Shown: positions 56,385 to 64,000 of the stretch, in pieces | How the letters are laid out: each line of letters opens with the position of its first letter | How positions within the stretch are numbered: the first letter of the stretch is position 1 | Source of the DNA: an uncultured Nitrososphaerales archaeon | GTDB lineage: Archaea; Thermoproteota; Nitrososphaeria; Nitrososphaerales; Nitrososphaeraceae | Reading direction: 5' to 3' | DNA: 64,000 nucleotides | Assembly: GCA_963713605.1 (NCBI GenBank) | Contig: CAVQMO010000010.1 | Coordinates: forward strand, 992,001-1,056,000 | Position numbers and translations under genes: made by a program | The notes under the pieces: generated by a model | Databases searched by the model: none | The model's input: the letters and a program-made list of their open reading frames with translations, nothing else | Told to the model about the DNA's origin: nothing

Positions 56385-57317
56385 TTGGGACGATATTTCT
56401 TTCCTAAGTCCTCCTTATGGAGCGGCTCCGAATATGTAATCAAACATAGTAAAAAGATGAAATTATCTATTTGAATGTTGCAAAGACGGAACTTTTTTCA
56501 TCTCTATTTGCTGTCATATCGACTTTTTTAACATTTGGCTGTACGGTTTGCCCTTTTTCGGATAGTGAAATTTGCCCATTAATTATTCAATTCCTCTTGA
56601 ACCTAACAGCTGCTCCTATGGTTCTTGCACTAACCCATTCCATTTTCACCTAGGGGATTTATCTGTGAACTCGCCCAATGCCTACAATGGCAGGTCTGAA
56701 GGAGCTAGTAGATAATTGCTTTTTGCTTAATTGTATTACTGTTTCGCCAGGCTTTAGACATTGATAATTGAAATTTTTCTATCACTTTTATAGGAGAACA
56801 TTAGGTTTTACTTGCGAATTATTCCATATATTCAACGAGAACCTCGAGTATAGAGCTATATTTGTGATAGATGCTTTAAGTTTAATAGGGGGTATCATCA
56901 GTTTTAGCAGATGCATAGTCAGAACGAACGACTAACTCAGCTCTAAGCCGTTTTACCAATTGCTCTGTAGAGATGAGTTTCTTGATAAAGCAGCCTATGC
57001 TCTCTAGTGGATGTACCTCTCTTGCTGCGTCCGAAGAAGGGTCTTGGGCTCACGAATTTTTGAACACTCCATCGGTAGTCAAACAAAAGAGGGTCTATCT
57101 GCCTTTGATGTAAAATAACCATAGGGAGAATTGCAAACCTTAAAGAAGTGGTAAGCGAAAAGCACACAAATTCGTCAGGAATTTGTAAAGCAGGAAGACT
57201 TGATTAGAGAAAAAGAAATAAAACAGTGGGTGAAGGCTATCCTTCTTCTACGCGTTTGTAGGTTTTAGTGCTGCTGCTGCCGCATTTGCAGCAGTGGTAG
57301 CGAGCTGCTGCCGAGAC

Positions 57318-57905
57318 CTATTTGTTACTCTGCTCAAATGCTCTGGCTGTATTTGAAGTAACTCTTGAAATCTCTTTGACGTTATCTGTAGCTTGTTGCC
57401 ACGATGTCTTGAGCAAGTCAAAGTTTGTAAAGATTGTGTTATTTACTACTCTCACAACAGTTACGCTATTGTTGGCAATATTGCTAATAGTTTGAGAATA
57501 GAATTCTTGGACATTTTGGGGGTTTATGCTGTAGTACTGTCGATAAGTATTTTGAATATTCTCAAAGTATGGAGCAACCGAAGCGTTGAATGCATGTATA
57601 ATGGCGTTCTGGGTATCAATATAATTGGTTGCAATTTCTCCTGTAGCAGCTAGAACCTGTTCCTGATAGTTGTAGATTGCTTGATTATAACGAGGGATTT
57701 GACTACGTGCTTCTTCTAATGACTTCTGTATATTATGCTTGGTTTCATCAAGCATTCTTTCGGTACTTTCTTGGAAGCGTTCGGCCTGTTGTTGTTGCTG
57801 ATGCTGAAATTGCGATGTTGTTGTTGTGTTTGTCCCTGTATTAATTGACGCAGATTTAGTTGAACCTGTAGATGAGTCTGTCTGATCTTTCTTTGTGGAA
57901 GACAT
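57318..57905 (-). CDS. Amphipathic helical Q/N-rich protein (possibly phasin-like)
   Basis: LDETKHNIQKSLEEARSQIPRYNQAI..YQEQ; function is inference. Confidence 0.6.
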   Translation of the reverse strand: MSSTKKDQTDSSTGSTKSASINTGTNTTTTSQFQHQQQQQAERFQESTERMLDETKHNIQKSLEEARSQIPRYNQAIYNYQEQVLAATGEIATNYIDTQNAIIHAFNASVAPYFENIQNTYRQYYSINPQNVQEFYSQTISNIANNSVTVVRVVNNTIFTNFDLLKTSWQQATDNVKEISRVTSNTARAFEQSNK

Positions 57906-58227
57906 AACTCTAATTCATCACCTTCCATATATAAACCATGGCATCATATACCATCCATAACCATCTGAAGACATTAGGGGGGGGTAAAATCTTTTCGTAC
58001 GCATAAAGCCCATACAACCTACGTTCCACAGCGGATAAACCAGTCGCCAATATACCTGAAGATATAGGAGTGTGATCTTACTTTTTTGCTGCTGGTGCCT
58101 TGAAATCACGCACAGAATGCCCTCGTGTAGCAGCTTAACTCGAACATAGTCATTTTATTACTGGACTTAATTGTGATATGGCTTGCAAACGTCTGAAGAG
58201 AAACTGGCGATGACTAGTAATTGGATC

Positions 58228-59475
58228 TCACTTCCACTCAAATCTAAAACTTTGACCTCTACTGATGTCCTTTTTTGCCCATCTTACTTGTGTTCGATCT
58301 GAGCTAAGTCCTCTGTTGATCATCCTCTTCTTGGTAACAATGATTGGCTGCATTTTGCACCTTTTCTTTGACTCTGCCTCTAGGTTTATTTCGTAAACCA
58401 CAGGATAGCTTATACCCTTGGGGTAATCAATTGTAACAACAAATTTGTTACAGTCGACTCCGAAATAGTTTTCGAAATACTTCTCTTTTTCTTTCACCTG
58501 ATACTCTAAAACGTAGAAACGACCTTTCTCTAGTTTTTCGATTGGTCTATTAAATACGGTAGTAAACTCTTTTTGGTATGGTTTATCCATTATTACGTTA
58601 GATATGGGAAGAATCACATTATCTTCATCAAAAACCTTGATTCCAAGATCAGACAAATTCATCTCCACATCAGTGGCTATCCCATGAACTACTTCGTATA
58701 TCGGATTTTCAGATGTGTTCTTAATTTCATAAAGTCTTCTATAATGCACTAATTGGCTCTTGGGACTCTTGATGGTTATGTGGACTTCCATATGTGGATA
58801 AATCGTTACTAAAGTGGGGTTTTTCGCATTTTTTTCTTGAATAGTCTTCTGCACTGACGACTTGATCGCAGGCGGCCCTCGGATTACCATACCCCTTATC
58901 AAATGCAGAATAAAGGGAGATTGTTTGACCATGCTTTATAGTATGTTTTTTTACTGGCCTAAGAATCTGCTTATAATAGTCCGATATTTCTCTTAAATCC
59001 TCTGAAATTCTTGAACTAAGTAGAATATGCCCGTCATCTCCAATGTCCATAATTCTTCGTGCCAATATGATGCCAGGGCCCCAGATGTTTTTGTTGTTGA
59101 GTACATCATCGACTACAAATGCGGCTCCACTATGTATCCCAATTCTAACTCGAATTATTTCAGCGGGTATCTTGGCCTTATTGTATTTGGAAAGCATTTT
59201 ATGAATTTCTATTGCAAGATTCAATGGCAATTCAGGGCCTTGTAAAAACCCTATCGCCATACCGTCACCAGTAGGCAAAACCAGCATAGTGTCCTTAGGA
59301 GTGAATCTGAAGCTCGTCAAATTCATTACGATGGAATTGAGGGTTTGAATCTTTTTGATCTGGAAGGATCAGAAAGGCCTACTATATCGACGAAAAAAAA
59401 GTGCGCATGAATTAAATTGAAGTCAGCTTTGGTGACATTCAAAGCCGAAATCAACGCATCTGACGGTATTCATTG
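58228..59475 (-). CDS. Class III nucleotide cyclase domain protein with a C-terminal beta-rich domain; frameshifted
   Basis: HFFFVDIVGLSD, PTGDG, RVRIGIHSG, NIWGPGII.ARR.MD, ILLS, IKHG. Confidence 0.8.
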
Positions 59476-59589
59476 TGAATACTGAAGCAGAATATGCCTT
59501 ATACCTTTTGGATGCTTTAATAGAAATATATCAAAAGAGATTCATCAGTCATTCTCCTATGGGGTTTTGGTACGAAATACTTTGGCAAA

Positions 59590-60945
59590 CAAGAACATGA
59601 AGACGCATCAGTTTTCACTTGATTCACCTATTCCAGAGTTTGGGGCGAAGAGGGCCTAACACCGCCCCCGTTCCAGTTCTAATATATAGGCACAGCCAGT
59701 TTCGGTATCGTGTATCTTATTTCTTGTGGGTTCTGAAAGTTCCTTCCACATATTTTCGTCTGATTCATCTAGAGTAAACAACCTGATATCTGGACATCCA
59801 TCTTCTAGCTGATTTGTCTACCGTAATACCGATTTGAGGGGAGGTTGTGAGGCTATGTGTATTTGAGAAATTTGTGTATTTGTTGCCAGTAGCCGTGCCT
59901 ACAAAATCAACATCAATAAATTTTACAGATTCTATTGGAGGTTTTGGTAACATTAATGACTTGGGTATTGAATCAGAGATTCCAAAACTAAATCCTACAT
60001 TGCTGCTTTCATTCGCAAATTGCATCTTGATATCCTGCACTTCCGCTATCTTCCCAGATGTCGAGGAGACTTGTTCTACGAGGAGGACATTCCAGGAAAT
60101 GCCTTGGCTATGATTGGAGTTAATAAAAAGTTACCTTCACTTTCATCTGTTTGAGAGGTAAGTGATACTTGAAGAGATGTTCTTGACTGGTGCCGGATAG
60201 GTTGGAATTTTAAGTGAATCATAGATCTCAGTTGCGGTAGTGTTCGCTGGACGAGACGCTTTGAATACTACCGGTTGGAGGTATGTGCTTTTTTGTCGTA
60301 TCTGCGCCTCTGTAGTCCCGATGAAGCCTGGAGGTAGAGCGTCTACATCTTTAATGCTCGAATTCCCTACTGTTGCACCATTTCCCACGAATGAATCAAA
60401 GGAAGTTGAATTTAGTGATGGTACGGTGACTATTGCAGTCCCTTCGAAAGGAACACTGATGTTTCTATTTTCAATTTGAACTACTGGATTCGGATTAGTA
60501 GGATGAACTGTCACACGGGTCTTCATTAGTATTGGGCGTACGATCCAAAGCCCACATTGTTCAATTGGAAGCTACCATCAGTGGGATCTGAATCAGCAAT
60601 ACTATTGTCGGCAACAAGCAGGGAATTCTTCAGTATGTATGGATTGGGAGTAAACATAAGCGTAGTGTTTCCAAGCTGCTCGGACGTTCCTACTTTAACT
60701 TTTTTTACCGTAACTGACCCAGTATCGGAAATGAGATTAATTTTCTGGTCTCCCTGTATTCCTTCGCCGAGTCTAGGAAAAGGAGGAAGAAAGGGCAGTA
60801 GTGGGTTTGCCGTAGTTTGATCATCGGAGGAACTGGGAGAAGCTGACGCATAACTATTCAAATCTAGAATATTTAAGCCACTGCAAAAGATTAGAATGAA
60901 TATTAGAGGCACTGTAGATAATCGCAGTACTGGATTTTTGATCAC
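59590..60945 (-). CDS. Secreted hypothetical protein broken into at least three ORFs
   Basis: Signal peptide at 60945; contiguous same-strand ORFs 60526..60945, 60143..60526 and 59765..60040. Confidence 0.55.
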
Positions 60946-61223
60946 GGTTTGTATGGAATTTGTGATTATTTATCATTACGTAATCCTTTTTCAAAAAAGT
61001 GCAAAAATTACAGCAGATTAGTTGTTAATGAGTGAATAGAGGTTACACATTGATTTCTAATACGAACGTTTAGAAAATGAACAGATCACTTACTAATCTG
61101 ACATTTACTTAAATAGGTTGTAAATCAGTTTAAGCTGGATGCAATGAAAAAGAGCGAAATGACATATAGTATAATTAAACTTGATTGAACAATCTTTAAT
61201 ATGCGTGAAGTGAGCTGGTTATT

Positions 61224-61562
61224 ATGAAAAAAATGGAACTATTTATTCCCGATCGTAGGTTGGATGATGTTATTGAAGTACTTAAAGATGCAAATATAGG
61301 CGGCATGAGCCAGTACAGAATAGAAGGAATGGGCAAAATTAAACCAGAAGACGTCTATGTAGGAAGAGGCACCATGACGTACAAGCCAAAATTTATTCCT
61401 CGAATAAAGGTAGAAGTAGTTGTCAGCGACGACAAGGTCGAAAGGCTGATCACCGCTTTTAGAAACAGGTTGGGCGATAACATAGGAGGCAAGTTATTTG
61501 TAGTTGATGTCCAAAAAGCGGTGGATCTTAGCACGGGGAAGATGAATGAAGATGCAATATGA
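61224..61562 (+). CDS. P-II family nitrogen regulatory protein (divergent)
   Basis: IGGMSQYRIEG.GK, PRIKVEVVV, GKLFVVDV, STGK.NEDAI. Confidence 0.85.
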   Translation: MKKMELFIPDRRLDDVIEVLKDANIGGMSQYRIEGMGKIKPEDVYVGRGTMTYKPKFIPRIKVEVVVSDDKVERLITAFRNRLGDNIGGKLFVVDVQKAVDLSTGKMNEDAI

Positions 61563-62341
61563 TCAATCAGAAATAAAGGCAGAAGATCTCTAGCCCAAGT
61601 AACGGGGCAGAAAATTCTTTTTCAAGTAAAACGAACATTCTAAAAAGAAAATCTCGTCTGTTGTTGCCCTAAAGGTCGATCTTTCGCTTCACCCATCAAA
61701 ATAAAATATCCGATCATCATTTATTTCACTGAAAATGTTATTTCCCGTTTAGCAGCTATGAGCGAATCCATTTCTAAATTAAGGAATTTGAGTTTTTCGA
61801 AGGCTGAGTTAAGTAGTCAAATTCGTGAGTTCATTAGCAGTAAGATTAGTTCAGATATTCAAAGGTACTCTGAGTCGAGTTCGATAACGTCACGTGTTCG
61901 TTATCCCAGTCATAAATGCGAAAAGGAAACAGATAGACAAATTTCTTGTCGCACTATGGTGTTATAGGGCCTGCTAGTCACTTAGCTAATAATACTCTTA
62001 CGTTTGGATGAGCGTTGTTGACGCTTCATTTCGAAGACGAATAGAGTAAAAAGATCTACCGCCTACTTTAGCTGTAATATTGTGTTTGAACGAGCTCAGG
62101 TGCGAAGAATCAGTATCATTTGAAAGATTCGATTCCCCATGTTCTTTGAAATTATACAAGACACGTAAAGTTATTCGTCAGGATGACAAAAAAACAGAAA
62201 TGTCATAGTTTTTACTCAAAATAATTGTTAAAGTTCATCTCTGTTCCCACAAAAATCGAAAATGAAATTGGCTGGTCTGTCTTTAAACATGATCATGTTA
62301 TCCTACAACTTATATTCTGGAGATGAAAATGGTTAGTTCAG

Positions 62342-63077
62342 ATGCCCAAAGGTTCTAAAAGAGGGGGTAGGGTTCGTGACAAGTGGAAGGATAAGCAATG
62401 GATTATGGTTAATGCACCTGCTGCTTTAGGTGGGAGTGTTATTAATTATGTGCCCGTCAGCGATATCAATAATGCTCGTGGGCGAGTGATTGAAAATACT
62501 ATGTATGATATTTTGAAACAAGACCCCATACAGCACCAGACTAAGGTATTTGTTCAGATAGTAAGTATCGTTAATGGTACTGCATCAACAATTTTCAAAG
62601 GGCATGAATATGCCAAAGAGTTTCTCAGAAGCCTAATGAGGAGAGGAAGTTCAATGGTAAGTTACGTAGCTGATTACAAGACCGTGGACGGATACGTATT
62701 CAGAGTTTCTCTAGTCGCATTTAGTCAGAGGAGAATAAATACAGAAAAGAAACACCAGATCAGAGTCCTTTGTCGTCAATTCTTGGAAGAGCGGCTGCCA
62801 AAACTTACTGTTGATGAATTCATAAAGGAAGTTCCATTGGGAAATTTAAACAACGATTTACTGGAGGCTGCGAAGAAATTGACCCCACTTAGGCATATAG
62901 GTATCAAGAAAACAAAATTGATATCGACTCCCGCGAATGTCGGATCATCGCCCACAGAGGAAGCTACAGTAGGATCATCGCCCACAGAGGAAGCTACAGT
63001 AGGATCATCGCCCACAGAGGAAGCTGACAGTAGGATCATCGCCCACAGAGGAAGCTACAGTAGGATCATCATCATGA
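62342..63077 (+). CDS. rps3ae: 30S ribosomal protein S3Ae (eS1); an extra base in the tail repeat shifts the apparent stop to 63103
   Basis: RVRDKWKDKQW, GRVIE.T.YD, FKGHEYAKEFLRSL.RRGSS, PLRH.GI.KTKL. Confidence 0.93.
62939..63068 (+). repeat. 30-bp coding tandem repeat x4 (VGSSPTEEAT)
   Basis: GTAGGATCATCGCCCACAGAGGAAGCTACA units; the third has an extra G. Confidence 0.95.
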
Positions 63078-63168
63078 AGATAAATAAAATTTGCGTATCA
63101 TGATAATGGCGAGACCAGACTTTTTTGTGATTCTAATATAACGATGTAATCTGCAGACTGCTTTATAA

Positions 63169-63630
63169 ATGCAAAAGGGAAAATTAAAGGCATTTGAGAT
63201 AGTTATTGCAGAAATCAGCTTTTTAGTTCACGCAACAGAAGATAAAGATCGAGTGCTCAATCTAGTATCATCTGTTCTAATTGCCGAGAAGGATGAATTT
63301 GAGTCCGAGAACCTAACAGGTCATTGGGGGAATCAAATCGAAATGATAAAGGGTAGGCTAGAGGGAAAACCAGCTAAGGACGTCGCAAACAATGTTCTCA
63401 CCAACTTCGATTCTTATGATCGAAAGAAAATGCTTTACTCATTGGACGATTACGTTGATGACAAAGGGACATTGTATCTCCGTCTTGATAAGCAGAAGAT
63501 CTGTGAGGGCAAAATTGAGCTATCAGACATTGATTCCATTAAGATAAAATTCAAGCCGAAGCTATTTTTTAGTAGGATTAAGCAAGATTACATTCGAGAA
63601 TATAGGAGGCTTTTAGTTTCGAACGATTAG
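63169..63630 (+). CDS. DUF54 / RNA-binding protein of the archaeal exosome-RNase P superoperon
   Basis: VHATED..RV, GHWGNQI, LYLRLDKQ. Confidence 0.88.
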   Translation: MQKGKLKAFEIVIAEISFLVHATEDKDRVLNLVSSVLIAEKDEFESENLTGHWGNQIEMIKGRLEGKPAKDVANNVLTNFDSYDRKKMLYSLDDYVDDKGTLYLRLDKQKICEGKIELSDIDSIKIKFKPKLFFSRIKQDYIREYRRLLVSND

Positions 63631-64000
63631 ATCTCCATGTACTAATTCGCGATCTTCAGTCAGTTTTAAGGTTCAAGGATCTGCTCGGGCTGAAGACGAT
63701 AGGCACTGAATTTAGCACAGGTATTGATAGTGAGGAGGTAAATGTCATACGCCTATTGAGGAAAAAGCCTCTAGCCTCTACTAAATTTCCTTTCTTGGTT
63801 GCTTCTGATAACTACCACGACTTAGCATCGAAAGAAGTGGATATTGTAGAGATAAATGATATTGATCAACAGTTTTATGAAATGCTAAGGCGTACTACTT
63901 CAAAAAAACTAGGCGTTGAAATTACTATTAGCAAGCTGCGTGCTACTGACGGTCAAAGGCTTGCAAGAAATATAGCTCTCATCAAATCAATTCACAGCTT
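63606..64000 (+). CDS. Probable RNase P subunit Rpp30, partial; start unclear
   Basis: Open frame DLHV...LGVEITISKLRATDGQRLARNI to the window end; expected position after DUF54. Confidence 0.6.

Noticed and set aside
61600..62200. ORF 61758..61967 or a tRNA relic near 62100
   Set aside because: Ser-rich antisense-like composition and no cloverleaf
1..64000. CRISPR array or cas genes
   Set aside because: No run of equal repeats with unique spacers; the tandem repeats at 5285, 37179 and 62939 lack spacers

Overview
AT-rich, low-coding-density archaeal DNA, most likely from a soil ammonia-oxidising thaumarchaeote (Nitrososphaeraceae-like). Evidence for this: archaeal S3Ae/DUF54/Rpp30 genes at the right end, a TFB remnant, divergent P-II paralogues, stand-alone receiver domains, a thaumarchaeal-type histidine kinase, NosD-like beta-helix proteins and poly-Q tails. 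Most of the window is accessory sequence: small detoxification/secondary-metabolism genes (VOC, SnoaL/NTF2, O-methyltransferase, DHFR-like, MBL, a high-GC DUF899), signalling genes, several unannotated Cys/His micro-proteins and many remnants of an integrative or viral element (two tyrosine-integrase tails, a P4/D5 primase fragment, three terminase-like C-termini, two HTH relics). Single-base frameshifts are common even in housekeeping genes (prs, rps3ae), so many breaks are probably sequencing or assembly indels; some relics carry in-frame stops and look truly decayed. Best leads: (1) a dispersed site with core CCCTTGGGCCCA whose left and right arms are shuffled between four copies, like att-site recombination products, two of them bracketing a primase/DHFR cassette; (2) several candidate structured RNAs supported by G-U-containing helices on one strand (43.2, 51.9, 31.2, 3.7 kb, plus a degenerate hammerhead-like motif at 23.4 kb); (3) a glycosyltransferase-like ORF duplicated with apparent 100% identity from start to stop codon while the flanks have diverged; (4) a secreted Met-rich putative copper-binding protein beside ferritin. 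No rRNA, intact tRNA or CRISPR array was found. All family assignments come from motif recognition by eye, not from database searches.
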